Positions 18,972 to 29,493 of a stretch of 64,000 bases of DNA are shown here, piece after piece. The notes below the pieces were generated by a model. It had not been told where the DNA came from and ran no database searches. It worked only from the letters and a program-made list of their open reading frames with translations. The DNA is from Alphaproteobacteria bacterium MarineAlpha5_Bin12 (GTDB lineage: Bacteria > Pseudomonadota > Alphaproteobacteria > HIMB59 > GCA-002718135), in contig PTKS01000001.1 of NCBI GenBank assembly GCA_002937855.1, positions 7,079 through 71,078 of the forward strand. The letters run 5' to 3'. Position 1 is the stretch's first letter, and each line of letters starts with the position of its first letter. A program made the translations under genes and the position numbers.

Positions 18972-21040
18972 TTATTACCTTGAATTGTAATATGTAAATT
19001 AGCGTATTCGTCAATTTTACATTTTTGATTTGGAAAAATAACCACGGTAGTACTTGGATCCTCAACAATTGCTGGGCCTGAAAATTCCATGTCTGGTTCT
19101 AAAAGATTAAAATCATATATTTTTGCTGGATGTGTTCCCATTTCATCGAAATCTACTTCTCTAGTTTCTTTAATTGTTTTTTCAATAGAGACACCAGTTT
19201 TTTTTCTTTTTTGAAGATCAGGTTTATCTATTTTTGCAAAAGCTACTAAATGAAATTGGATCATATCCACTTGGCTATCAAGTCTATATGTAAATTCTTT
19301 TTCATATTGATCATGAAATAAATTTTTAATTTCATCAATAGATTTGTCTGAATATTCTTCATTTTTTAATGGGATCTCTACTGAATGATCTTGGCCTAAA
19401 TATCTAAAACTTCCAAATCTTTTAAAAGTAATTTTATCTTTTAATATATTCTCTTTTTCAAAACTTTTTAAAGCATCATTTTCCATTTTATTAAATGTTT
19501 CATTTAAAATACCAAGTGCATTCTTATCCATTGTAAGTAATCTTGTTAAAATATAATCTCTTCTTAAATCACTCATAAGCATACCCCATGCAGAAAAAAC
19601 TGATGAATTAACAGGTACTATGACTTTTGGTATGTTTAACTCTCTTGCCAATGAAGTTGCATGCATCCCACCCCCTCCACCGAAGGCAACTAATGTAAAT
19701 TCTCTGGGATCATATCCTCTGTTAACAGATACTAATTTTAATGCATTAATCATATTGTTATTTGCTATTCGAATTATCCCTCTAGCTAATTCTGTATTCG
19801 AAAATTTTAGTTTTTCAGAAAGATTATTTGAATATTTTTTTACTGATTCCATATCTGCTTTAATTGCGCCTCCACAAAAAAAGTTTGGGTTTATTCGATT
19901 TGTTATTAAATTTGCATCCGTAGTTGTTATTGATTTACCACCCTTCCCATAGGATACTGGACCTGGATCAGCCCCTGCACTTTGCGGACCTACATGTAAT
20001 TTATTAAAATTATCTACCCAAGCAATACTTCCTCCGCCATTTCCTATTTCTACTATATCTACTACAGGCAACATAACTGGATATCCTGCAGAAAGTCGGT
20101 TCTTTTCAATCCAGTAATTCGTATTAATTTTTACATTTCCATTCTCTATTAAAGAACATTTTGCTGTTGTTCCTCCTACATCAAGTGTAATTATGTTGTT
20201 TTCTCCAATTAATTTTCCCAATTCTGCTGCTCCAAGTACGCCGCTTGTAGGGCCTGATTCTATCATTGTTAAAGGAATTTTTTTTGTAGAATCAAATGTA
20301 TCTATGCCACCGTTAGATTGCATCACGTAAGGATTTGATTTGAAATTAGAATTAATTAATTTAGTATTTAATTTATCTAAATAATTTCTTGCAATAGGCT
20401 TCACATATGCGCATAAAGCAGTAGTATTAGTTCTTTCGTATTCTCTCCATTCCCTAGTAATATGATGAGATGCTACTACATCAATTTCTGGCCAATATTT
20501 ATTTATATGCTCAACTACTTTTTGTTCATGAGAAGAATTAGCATAAGAATGAATCAAGCAAACTGCAATTGATTTTACATTATTATTTTTAAAATGATCT
20601 AAAATATTATTGAGATTCGACAAATCAATGGGAGCCAGTTCTTTTCCTAAAAAATCAATTCTTCCAGGAACTTCAGCTCTCAAATATCTTTCTACAAAAG
20701 GTTTAGGTTTCTTATACCTTAAATTAAAAAAATCTGGTCTATCCCCTCTTGCGATTTCAATTGAGTCTCTAAATCCTTTTGTTGTTATCAAGCCAGTTAA
20801 AACACCTTTTCTCTCAGTAATCGAATTAATTACAACAGTTGTTCCATGAGCAAAAAAACTTGACTTAGATATATCTACATTTGATTTATTTATAGAATCA
20901 AAAACACCTATTTCATAACTACTTGGAGTAGTATCACTTTTAGCAGTTTTAATACTTAGGGCTTTTCCTGATTTTTCATCAATTTCAAAATAGACTAAAT
21001 CAGTAAAAGTTCCCCCAACATCTGTAGCTATTCTCAACAT
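18968..21040 (-). CDS. Hydantoinase A/oxoprolinase family ATP-binding subunit (A1)
   Basis: DVGGTFTD, HGTT, REYER, SGP, DVGGT, GPQSAGADPGP, FSAWG. Confidence 0.92.
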   Translation of the reverse strand: MLRIATDVGGTFTDLVYFEIDEKSGKALSIKTAKSDTTPSSYEIGVFDSINKSNVDISKSSFFAHGTTVVINSITERKGVLTGLITTKGFRDSIEIARGDRPDFFNLRYKKPKPFVERYLRAEVPGRIDFLGKELAPIDLSNLNNILDHFKNNNVKSIAVCLIHSYANSSHEQKVVEHINKYWPEIDVVASHHITREWREYERTNTTALCAYVKPIARNYLDKLNTKLINSNFKSNPYVMQSNGGIDTFDSTKKIPLTMIESGPTSGVLGAAELGKLIGENNIITLDVGGTTAKCSLIENGNVKINTNYWIEKNRLSAGYPVMLPVVDIVEIGNGGGSIAWVDNFNKLHVGPQSAGADPGPVSYGKGGKSITTTDANLITNRINPNFFCGGAIKADMESVKKYSNNLSEKLKFSNTELARGIIRIANNNMINALKLVSVNRGYDPREFTLVAFGGGGGMHATSLARELNIPKVIVPVNSSVFSAWGMLMSDLRRDYILTRLLTMDKNALGILNETFNKMENDALKSFEKENILKDKITFKRFGSFRYLGQDHSVEIPLKNEEYSDKSIDEIKNLFHDQYEKEFTYRLDSQVDMIQFHLVAFAKIDKPDLQKRKKTGVSIEKTIKETREVDFDEMGTHPAKIYDFNLLEPDMEFSGPAIVEDPSTTVVIFPNQKCKIDEYANLHITIQGNK

Positions 21041-22758
21041 TAACTTATCTTTACATTAGGATGAAATTTTTCAATATATTTTTTTGAAATATAACCTTGT
21101 TTGTAATCATCAAGTACCTTTGAAGCTTCTCTTTCATTTGGATCTCCATATCCACCGCCTCCACCACATTGCAATATAATTTTTTTTCCTTTTTTTACTG
21201 GAACTCGAGTTGCCTTAGCTACTCCTTTTGTATTTGTATTATCTTCGAAGAGAAAACAATTATTTGGCAATCCTTCTTTTCCTCCATTTAATCCCCATGG
21301 AGGTAATTTACTTCTCTCACAAACTGTTGTTGCAAAAGAATCTTCTAACATTTCAAACTCAAAATTTACACCTAATCCTCCTCTATTTTTGCCTGCGCCA
21401 CAGCTATCTTGTATTAATTCAACCCTATTTATTAACCAAGGATTTCTATTTTCCCAAACTTCTGCAGGTGCAAATCTTGTAGCTGATTCGGCATGATGAA
21501 GACAAGTTGCGCCATCACCAAAATGGCTTGCTCCCTGACCAACTGGGTGTGGTGCTCCATCAGCCCAAGGCTCTCCAGTTTTTTCCCTTATTCCCCACCA
21601 TACAATTCCGTTGATACATCCCCCGCTACTTGCAGGAACATTTTGAGGAAATTTTGTCCCAAGAGCTTTATAGATAACTTCTATTGCTTGCAGGGCAGGC
21701 CAACCATAAAGAAAGCACGGGGCTGGAGATATAGGATGAAAAAGTGTACCTGGTTTTGTTATTACTTCTATTGGTCTAAAAAAACCTTCGTTAGGAGCCT
21801 CATTGCTTCCTGCTAGCATACTCATAGCAACTCTAGCAGTTGAAACAGTAGAAGGTAAAGGGCAGTTAATTGGCCCATTCTGTTGAACTGGTGCTTTAGA
21901 CATATCTAAAATCACTTTTTCATCTTCAATTATTACTTTTAAATCAAATGGTACTACGCCTTCTTCAACTCCGTTACTATCCATTTGACCTGAGCCAAAG
22001 TATTCTCCATTTGGAATTTGTTTTAAATAATTTCTGACAATTGATTCTCCTGCATCAAAAATAGCCTCTGTTGTTTCTTTAAATTTTTTTAAACCGTATT
22101 TTGATACAATTTTTTTTAGAGCCCTTTCTCCTGCTCTAACTCCTATAGCTTGAGCATTTATATCGCCAGCAACAGAATTTGGTACGCGAGTATTTGCAAT
22201 GCACATTTTGTATATATCCTCAACAAGCTCTCCTTTATTAAATAATTTAACACCTGGATAAACTGTCCCTTCCTGAAAAACATCTACAGTGTCTGTAGAG
22301 TATGGTTCTTTTCCCGCAATATCTAACCAGTGAGCTTTTATTGCTGTATATGCAATTAACTCATTATTAAAAAAAACTGGCATAACTAATGCTGCGTCTT
22401 GAGGATGCGAGCCGGTTCCATAAGGAGAATTATATATTATGATGTCACCTTCGTTTAATTTATCTTCTCCGCCAACACCTTTTACCGCTTCCTCAATACA
22501 AAAATTCAAAGTACCCATAAAGAGAGGTAGGCTTGGAGCTTGGGCTAAAAGTCTCAAATGATTGTCATATATTGCCCCTGCAAAATCTAATACATCATAA
22601 ATTACTGGAGACATTGCAGTTCTACATAAAGCTCTTTTCATTTGTTCTGCTGCAGAATTGAGAGAGTTTCTTACAATTTGTGTTGTAATTGGATCAACTT
22701 CAGCTTTATCTGCTTTTCTGTCGACTCCACATTTATAATGATGAAGTTCATTATTCAT
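21040..22758 (-). CDS. Hydantoinase B/oxoprolinase family subunit (B2)
   Basis: DPIT, NSPYGTGSHPQD, AHWLD, VFQEG, GGGGGYG. Confidence 0.92.
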   Translation of the reverse strand: MNNELHHYKCGVDRKADKAEVDPITTQIVRNSLNSAAEQMKRALCRTAMSPVIYDVLDFAGAIYDNHLRLLAQAPSLPLFMGTLNFCIEEAVKGVGGEDKLNEGDIIIYNSPYGTGSHPQDAALVMPVFFNNELIAYTAIKAHWLDIAGKEPYSTDTVDVFQEGTVYPGVKLFNKGELVEDIYKMCIANTRVPNSVAGDINAQAIGVRAGERALKKIVSKYGLKKFKETTEAIFDAGESIVRNYLKQIPNGEYFGSGQMDSNGVEEGVVPFDLKVIIEDEKVILDMSKAPVQQNGPINCPLPSTVSTARVAMSMLAGSNEAPNEGFFRPIEVITKPGTLFHPISPAPCFLYGWPALQAIEVIYKALGTKFPQNVPASSGGCINGIVWWGIREKTGEPWADGAPHPVGQGASHFGDGATCLHHAESATRFAPAEVWENRNPWLINRVELIQDSCGAGKNRGGLGVNFEFEMLEDSFATTVCERSKLPPWGLNGGKEGLPNNCFLFEDNTNTKGVAKATRVPVKKGKKIILQCGGGGGYGDPNEREASKVLDDYKQGYISKKYIEKFHPNVKIS

Positions 22759-22761
22759 AAA

Positions 22762-24801
22762 TCAATCCATTTCTCTATTTACTAATAACAAGTTATTATC
22801 AGAATCTGTAGTTATATCATAATTTACATCTACATAAGTAATTGCTGTACTTTCAACTATTATCAAAGGTCCTTTAGTTTTTGAATTTATTTTTGATCTT
22901 GATATTATTTTAAATTCAATCTCTTTATTTTCAAAAAAAGAATAGCATTTTATATTTTCATTAGTTACTAATATATCTTCCTCATTTATCTTTCCGGTTT
23001 CAGATTTTCTTGGTAATGGTATTCTTATCGATGCTCTTGTAGAAACAATCTCAACAACAGTATCTAATTTACTTCCAAATGTTTTTTCATATTCTTCCAT
23101 AAATTTATTTTTTAAACTTTCAGCATCAATTGAAATTTTACCATTTTTTTCATTATCTAATTTTAGAGTAATGGTATGTTCTTGGCCCATCCATCTCATA
23201 TCCAGTGCAACCTCTTTTATTTTATCGCTTGTTGCAAAATTTATTTTTTGCCTATCTTCTAGTTCTTTGAACAAAACTTCTAATATCTGATTAGATTCTT
23301 TTATGGACTCATCAGATAATCTTAAAATTTTTGTTTTAGCATTCATCTGAAGTAAATCTGCTCCTAACAATCCCCAGGCTGAAAAATTACCTGAGTAAGG
23401 AGGAATAATTATTTCTTTAATATCAAGTTCTTTAGCAATTAAATTTGACATTAGTGGTCCTGCACCACCAAAAGCTAATAGTTTTAGTTCTCTCGGATCA
23501 ATACCTTGTTCTATTGTTATTTCTCTAATTGCATCTGCCATATTAGCACTGCTTATTTTTAAAATTCCTATTGCTGTTTCAGATGCAGATAAATTAATCT
23601 TTTTACCAACTGAATTCAGAGCTTTTTCTGCTAAAGATTTATTTAATTTTAAACCTGATGCTAATTTTCCTTCACCAAGCATACCCAAGTAAAATGCTGC
23701 GTCTGTCGTAGTTGGCTTATCCCCACCTCTTTCATAACAAGCTGGTCCCGGCACTGCTCCCGAACTTTGAGGTCCTGATCTAATTAACCCTCCTTCATCT
23801 AAATATGCTATTGAGCCACCACCAGCGCCAATTGATCGAACATCTACCCATGGAGACTGAACAGGCAGGCCTAATATCTTTCCTTCAAATTGTATTTGAG
23901 GCCTTCCATTAATTATCAAACAAGTATCAAAGCTAGTTCCACCTACATCAGCAGTTACCATATTTATATTCTTAAGTTTTCTTGATAGTTCACCTGCACC
24001 TTCGGCCCCGGCTACTGGGCCTGACATTATTGTTTCAAAAGGACGATCTTCCGCTTCATCAAATGTCATTGATCCACTTCCTGATCGTGTTACTAAAAAT
24101 GTTCCTTTATAACCTATTGAATTTAATTCATTCTTTAAGCTATTCAAATAATTTGACATCCTTGCTTTAACAAAAGCATCAATAACGGTAGTTGTTGTTC
24201 TTTCATATTCTCTATACTCTCCTGATACCATTGATGATAAAGAAATTTGACCTTTGAATCCTGATTTTCTTAAAATTTTTGCAGCAAATTTTTCATGCTC
24301 TTTGTTGGTATATGAATTTATAAAAGCAATAGCAATACTGCTAACATTTTCCTTAATAAAAAATTCACAAGCTTTTTTAATTTGGTCTTCTTTTATAGGA
24401 GAATGAACCGAGCCATCAGAATAAAGTCTTTCATCAATTTCTAATCTTAAATATCTTGGCACCAAAGGAGGTGCCGGCTGCCAAAATAAATTATACATTT
24501 CATCTCTATCGCCTCTCCTAATCTCTAAAACATCTCTAAAACCTTTGGTGCACAACAAACCCACCTTAGATCCTTTTCTTTCTAACAATGCATTTAATCC
24601 AACAGTTGTTCCATGTAAGAAGAAGTCAACCTTACTAATTTGTTCAGAATTTAAATTTCTTTTTATTACTTCTACAACTGCTTTTTCAGGAGTGTCAGGA
24701 GTTGTTGGAATCTTATCAATAGTTACAGAATTTTTTTCTTCATCATATATAATGAAGTCAGTAAAAGTTCCTCCTATATCTACACCTATTCTTGATGACA
24801 T
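22762..24801 (-). CDS. Hydantoinase A/oxoprolinase family ATP-binding subunit (A2)
   Basis: DIGGTFTD, HGTT, REYER, SGP, DVGGTSFD, IGAGGGS. Confidence 0.92.
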   Translation of the reverse strand: MSSRIGVDIGGTFTDFIIYDEEKNSVTIDKIPTTPDTPEKAVVEVIKRNLNSEQISKVDFFLHGTTVGLNALLERKGSKVGLLCTKGFRDVLEIRRGDRDEMYNLFWQPAPPLVPRYLRLEIDERLYSDGSVHSPIKEDQIKKACEFFIKENVSSIAIAFINSYTNKEHEKFAAKILRKSGFKGQISLSSMVSGEYREYERTTTTVIDAFVKARMSNYLNSLKNELNSIGYKGTFLVTRSGSGSMTFDEAEDRPFETIMSGPVAGAEGAGELSRKLKNINMVTADVGGTSFDTCLIINGRPQIQFEGKILGLPVQSPWVDVRSIGAGGGSIAYLDEGGLIRSGPQSSGAVPGPACYERGGDKPTTTDAAFYLGMLGEGKLASGLKLNKSLAEKALNSVGKKINLSASETAIGILKISSANMADAIREITIEQGIDPRELKLLAFGGAGPLMSNLIAKELDIKEIIIPPYSGNFSAWGLLGADLLQMNAKTKILRLSDESIKESNQILEVLFKELEDRQKINFATSDKIKEVALDMRWMGQEHTITLKLDNEKNGKISIDAESLKNKFMEEYEKTFGSKLDTVVEIVSTRASIRIPLPRKSETGKINEEDILVTNENIKCYSFFENKEIEFKIISRSKINSKTKGPLIIVESTAITYVDVNYDITTDSDNNLLLVNREMD

Positions 24802-24887
24802 AACTATTTTAATTGTATATTTTTATGCTATCAGAAGAAATGGATAATTCAACTACAAAAAAATTACAAACATGTTAATAAATTATT

Positions 24888-26600
24888 ATGGAAATAAATA
24901 CTTATAAATCAAAAAAACTTGAAGATAATAAAAATTTTGATTGCGATCCTATTACTACAGAAATTATTAGAAATAGTTTGAATTCAGCCGCTGAACAAAT
25001 GAAAAAAGTTCTAATTAGATCTGCTTTTTCACCCATAATCTATGAAGTTTTAGACTTTGCTAGTGCAATTTATGATAAAAATTATTGTATGTTGGCTCAA
25101 TCTCCTAGCCTACCAGGATTTATGGGAACTTTAAGTTTTTGTGTTGAAGAAGCAGTAAAAGAAGTTGGTGGAACTAAAAATTTATATGATGGAGATATAA
25201 TTATATATAACAATCCATACGGATCAGGATCTCATTCACAAGATGCAGCCATAGTTAAACCAATTTTTTATAATAATAATTTGGTGGGATATTCTGCAAT
25301 TAAAGCTCATTGGTTGGATACGGGTGGCAAAGAACCTTATTCAACAGACACTGTTGACATTTTTCAAGAAGGAACAATATTTCCTGGACTAAAACTATAC
25401 AGCAAAGGAGAATTAGTTGAAGATGTATATAAATTGATAATAGCAAATACAAGAGTTCCTAAAGCAATTATTGGAGACTTAAATGCACAATTAAATGGTG
25501 TAAAGGCTGGGGCTAACGCTCTTAAAAGAATTATTAATAAATTTGGTTATGATCTTTTTTATGCATCTGTTTTAGAAATATATGATCATGGTGAAAAACT
25601 TGTCAGAAAAACTTTAAGTAGGATTCCGAATGGCATGTATACAGGATATGGACAATTGGATAATAATGGAAATGATGAAGGTGTTGTAAAATTTAAGATG
25701 AACATTGAAGTTAGAGATTCTGATTTAATTCTTGATTTTAGCGAATGTCCGGACCAACAAAATGGCCCTATAAATTGCCCACTACCTTCTACCGTTTCAA
25801 AGGCGAGAGTTGCTTTTGCCATGATGGCTGGAAATGGACAACAGCCTAATGAGGGTTTTTTTAGACCTTTAATAATTAAAACTAGAAAGGGTTCTATGTT
25901 TCACCCTGTTTCGCCAGCTCCATGTTTTTTGAATGGATGGCCAGGTTTGCAGGTTATAGAAATTATTTATAAAATTTTATCTGAAAAACTTCCTGAAGCA
26001 TTCCCTGCAAGCAGTGGAGGTTGTTTAATTGGGGCAGTTTGGTGGGGCAAAAGAGAGAAAGATGGAGAGCCTTGGGCAGATGGTGCGCCACACCCTGTTG
26101 GTCAAGGAGGGTTTTTTTGTGGTGATGGAGTTACATCAATGCATCATAATTCTGCAGGAACTAGAATGTCTCCAACAGAAATATGGGAATCAAGAAATCC
26201 TTGGTTAATTAAAAAAATTGAACTAGCAAAAGATTCTTGTGGCCCCGGAGAATTTAGAGGTGGTCTTGGGTTAAATTTAGAATTTGAAATGTTAGAAGAT
26301 ACTTTCATAACTACTGTTGTTGAAAGAACTAAAAACCCCCCTTGGGGAATCAAACAAGGACTTGAAGGAAGGGCAAATAATGTTGAAGTAAATAAAAAAA
26401 ATGGAGAAAAATTTAACATGCCAAAAAAATCGGGGCACAAACTTTCACAAGGTGATAAAATTAGTTTCTTAACAGGTGGTGGTGGTGGATACGGAAATCC
26501 CAAAAACAGAAAAATTGAATCTATTAAAAATGATCTAAAGCAAGGATATATATCCAAAGAACATATAAGAAATTATTATAAATTTTTTGAATTTAATTAA
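24888..26600 (+). CDS. Hydantoinase B/oxoprolinase family subunit (B3), no co-oriented A partner, close paralog of B2
   Basis: DPIT, NNPYGSGSHSQD, AHWLD; long stretches shared with B2 (GKEPYSTDTVD, QQNGPINCPLPSTVS, GEPWADGAPHPVGQG). Confidence 0.92.
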   Translation: MEINTYKSKKLEDNKNFDCDPITTEIIRNSLNSAAEQMKKVLIRSAFSPIIYEVLDFASAIYDKNYCMLAQSPSLPGFMGTLSFCVEEAVKEVGGTKNLYDGDIIIYNNPYGSGSHSQDAAIVKPIFYNNNLVGYSAIKAHWLDTGGKEPYSTDTVDIFQEGTIFPGLKLYSKGELVEDVYKLIIANTRVPKAIIGDLNAQLNGVKAGANALKRIINKFGYDLFYASVLEIYDHGEKLVRKTLSRIPNGMYTGYGQLDNNGNDEGVVKFKMNIEVRDSDLILDFSECPDQQNGPINCPLPSTVSKARVAFAMMAGNGQQPNEGFFRPLIIKTRKGSMFHPVSPAPCFLNGWPGLQVIEIIYKILSEKLPEAFPASSGGCLIGAVWWGKREKDGEPWADGAPHPVGQGGFFCGDGVTSMHHNSAGTRMSPTEIWESRNPWLIKKIELAKDSCGPGEFRGGLGLNLEFEMLEDTFITTVVERTKNPPWGIKQGLEGRANNVEVNKKNGEKFNMPKKSGHKLSQGDKISFLTGGGGGYGNPKNRKIESIKNDLKQGYISKEHIRNYYKFFEFN

Positions 26601-26738
26601 ATTGAAATATTTATTAAATTTTTTTTAAATTATTAAATTAATTAATTTATTCACTATATTACTTAAAAACCTAAGAAAATCTTTCTTTTTTACAGCTATT
26701 AATGAAAATTTTATACAAAATCATTTATTCATAATATT

Positions 26739-26752
26739 GGTATTTAAATACC
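26739..26752. promoter_or_regulatory. Candidate operator palindrome upstream of the peptide ABC operon
   Basis: Perfect 14-bp palindrome GGTATTTAAATACC in an otherwise nearly all-AT spacer, about 50 nt before the ATG. Confidence 0.35.
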
Positions 26753-26803
26753 TTTTAATTTTTTCTAAATAAGCTAAATTATAGTAAATAAAAGGAGGAA
26801 ATA

Positions 26804-28405
26804 ATGAAATTAAATAGTTATTTCAAAAAATTATTAATTACTGTTCTAATTGCCTTTTTTTCATTTTCTTTAGCAAATGCTAAAACGGTTTTAAGAACAG
26901 ATGAAGCAGCAATAGGAGAAGCTGATCCTGCTAAAGCAACTGATTACGTGGATTCAGTTCTGATGTTTAATGTTTATGATGCTTTGGTTGATGAAGACAG
27001 AGGTGGTAGTGGTGGAATAAACGCCCTTCTTGCAGATAGTTGGGAATACTCGAATCCTACTACTCTTAAAATAACATTAAAAGATGGAATCAAATTTCAC
27101 AGTGGAAACACAATGGATGCTGATGACGTAGTCTTTTCATATAATCGTTTAATGGGTATGGGACAAGGTTTCTCATTTTTGTTTGGAAGTGTTACCGACG
27201 TTAAAGCCCTAAATTCTAAAACAGTACAAATCACTACTTCAGAACCTTATGCACCTCTAGTTGCTAGCTTAATTAGACTTGCAATAGTAGATAAAGAAGC
27301 GATTCAAGCTAATACAGCTGCAGGTGATTATGGAGATAATGGTGATTATGGAGAAGCATATCTTTTAACTACATCTGCGGGAACTGGAGCATATAAGATT
27401 GTTGATCATGATCCAAATGTTAAAACAGTTTTAGCGAAGAATGAAGATTATTTCCAAGGTCACAATGCTAAAGCTCCTGATGAAGTAATCATTAAGTATA
27501 GTGTTGAAGCTGCAACTATTAAAACTCTTTTAGTTAGAAATGAACATGAAATTTCAAGCATGTGGTTACCAAATGAAGTCGTAGCTGCTTTGGAAAAAGA
27601 GCCTAACGTTGATATTATTCCAATTCCTAGACCAGGAGCTTGGATGAACAAACTTAATAATAGAAAAGCGCCTTTTGATGATGTTCATTGCAGAAGAGCT
27701 ATCCAATTAGCTTACGATTATGATTCTCTTGAAAAATCATTTGCTGTTACTGATACTTTAATAGCTGGTAAAAAATCAAGCGGTCCATTGATTCCTGGTT
27801 TGTTAGGATATGATGCCAATAAGCCTGCTATTGAGAGAGATATTGAAAAAGCTAGAGCAGAACTTGCTAAATGTAAATATAATCCTGGAGACTTTACACT
27901 TGATTTAGCTTGGATTGCTGAAGTTCCATATGAAGAACCGTGGGCACTTCAATTACAAGCTAATGCTATGGAGTTAGGATTTGATGCTACAGTTACAGGT
28001 CTACCATGGGCTAAATTTACAGAGCAAGTTGCTAGTTGGGAAAATACTCCTCATGCAACAGTAGTTTCTGTTGTAGCAAACTTTCCTGATCCTGATGGTT
28101 TATTGTATCCTCAATGGCACTCATCTACTGGTGGTACTTGGATGTCAGCTGAATGGGCAAATGATCCAGAGTTAGATGCTCTTTTAGAAAAAGGAAGAGC
28201 TGAAACGGATATGGATGAAAGAGTAAAAATATATCAAGCGGCAAATCAATTGATTATTGATAATGCTATCACTCTTTTCATTACTGATTTCGTTGGTATG
28301 CAACCTGTAAATACAGCTGTATCCAATGCTCAAACTGCGGGCACTCTTACAGGATATGGAACAATGGGTAGAAACCTATCATTCAGAGAACTTGAAATTA
28401 ATTAA
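26804..28405 (+). CDS. Dpp/Opp-family (class 5) ABC substrate-binding protein
   Basis: AGGAGG RBS; signal peptide; LADSW, GIKFHSG..MDADDVVFS, GTGAYK, PFDDVHCRRAI. Confidence 0.92.
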   Translation: MKLNSYFKKLLITVLIAFFSFSLANAKTVLRTDEAAIGEADPAKATDYVDSVLMFNVYDALVDEDRGGSGGINALLADSWEYSNPTTLKITLKDGIKFHSGNTMDADDVVFSYNRLMGMGQGFSFLFGSVTDVKALNSKTVQITTSEPYAPLVASLIRLAIVDKEAIQANTAAGDYGDNGDYGEAYLLTTSAGTGAYKIVDHDPNVKTVLAKNEDYFQGHNAKAPDEVIIKYSVEAATIKTLLVRNEHEISSMWLPNEVVAALEKEPNVDIIPIPRPGAWMNKLNNRKAPFDDVHCRRAIQLAYDYDSLEKSFAVTDTLIAGKKSSGPLIPGLLGYDANKPAIERDIEKARAELAKCKYNPGDFTLDLAWIAEVPYEEPWALQLQANAMELGFDATVTGLPWAKFTEQVASWENTPHATVVSVVANFPDPDGLLYPQWHSSTGGTWMSAEWANDPELDALLEKGRAETDMDERVKIYQAANQLIIDNAITLFITDFVGMQPVNTAVSNAQTAGTLTGYGTMGRNLSFRELEIN

Positions 28406-28421
28406 TTAATTTTTTAATATT

Positions 28422-28446
28422 TAAAGGCCGGGTAAGCCGGCCTTTA
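28422..28446 (+). terminator. Stem-loop after binding-protein gene (partial terminator or stabiliser)
   Basis: TAAAGGCCGG-GTAAG-CCGGCCTTTA followed by T-rich sequence. Confidence 0.75.
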
Positions 28447-28453
28447 TTTAATC

Positions 28454-29491
28454 TTGCATCTGGGATTATTTGTTTTGTCAGCAACTCAATATTTTTTAAG
28501 AAGAACGTTTATATCTATAATTGTTTTTTTTGGAGCTTCTATCGTAATTTTTTGTCTTGCTAGATTAATCCCTGGGGATCCTGCTAGAATTGCTCTTGGA
28601 CCATTTGCTAGTAAAGAAATGGTTGAGCAATATAGAGAATTACTTCATTTAAATGAATCAATAATTATACAATACAAAATCTTTATAACAAATTTATTCC
28701 AAGGTGATCTGGGAATATCAACCTATACTAAAAGACCAGTCTTAATTGATATACAAAGTTATTTTCCAGCTACTTTTGAGTTAGTGCTTGTGGCTGTTAC
28801 TCTAATGATAATAATTGGAATGCCTTTGGGAATTCTCTCAGGTAAATTTAAAGATACTTTTGTAGATCACATATCAAGGGTTTTTTCTCTTTTAGGTGTT
28901 GTTACACCAAGTTTTCTTTGGGCAATAATTCTGATGTTAATATTTGCTTTTTGGATGCCAATTTTCCCAGTTTCGGAAAGATTTGATGAAGCATTAGATC
29001 CCCCTAAATTAGTAACAGGCCTATTATTAATCGACTCATTATTAGAAGGTAATTTTAATTTTTTTAAAGATGCTCTTGCTCATTTATTTTTACCTGGTCT
29101 TGCTATTGCTATGCCGGCAATCGGAAATGTAGCAAGATTAACCCGAACCAATCTTAGTGATATTTATGATAAACAATATATTGAATTTGCTAAATCTTAT
29201 TCATTTAGTGAATTCAAAATAGCAACAAAATATGCTTTAAAACCTGCTTCTATACCTACTGTAACTATAATTGGATTAGATTTTGCTTTAATGTTAGGAA
29301 ATGCATTTTTAGTAGAAACAGTTTTTGTGTGGCCAGGTATGGCTAAATATGGTGTTGAAGTAATTCTTGCTAAAGACCTTAATGGTATAGTTGCAACTGC
29401 TCTTATTATTACAACTTTTTATTTAGTAATAAATATGGTTGTTGATTTTGTTGTATTAATATTAAACCCAAGAATAAGTTTAAAGGATTAA
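28454..29491 (+). CDS. Peptide ABC transporter permease (DppB-like)
   Basis: IPGDPA, GDLGIS, FPATFEL, LVETVFVWPGM. Confidence 0.9.
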   Translation: MHLGLFVLSATQYFLRRTFISIIVFFGASIVIFCLARLIPGDPARIALGPFASKEMVEQYRELLHLNESIIIQYKIFITNLFQGDLGISTYTKRPVLIDIQSYFPATFELVLVAVTLMIIIGMPLGILSGKFKDTFVDHISRVFSLLGVVTPSFLWAIILMLIFAFWMPIFPVSERFDEALDPPKLVTGLLLIDSLLEGNFNFFKDALAHLFLPGLAIAMPAIGNVARLTRTNLSDIYDKQYIEFAKSYSFSEFKIATKYALKPASIPTVTIIGLDFALMLGNAFLVETVFVWPGMAKYGVEVILAKDLNGIVATALIITTFYLVINMVVDFVVLILNPRISLKD

Positions 29492-29493
29492 AT

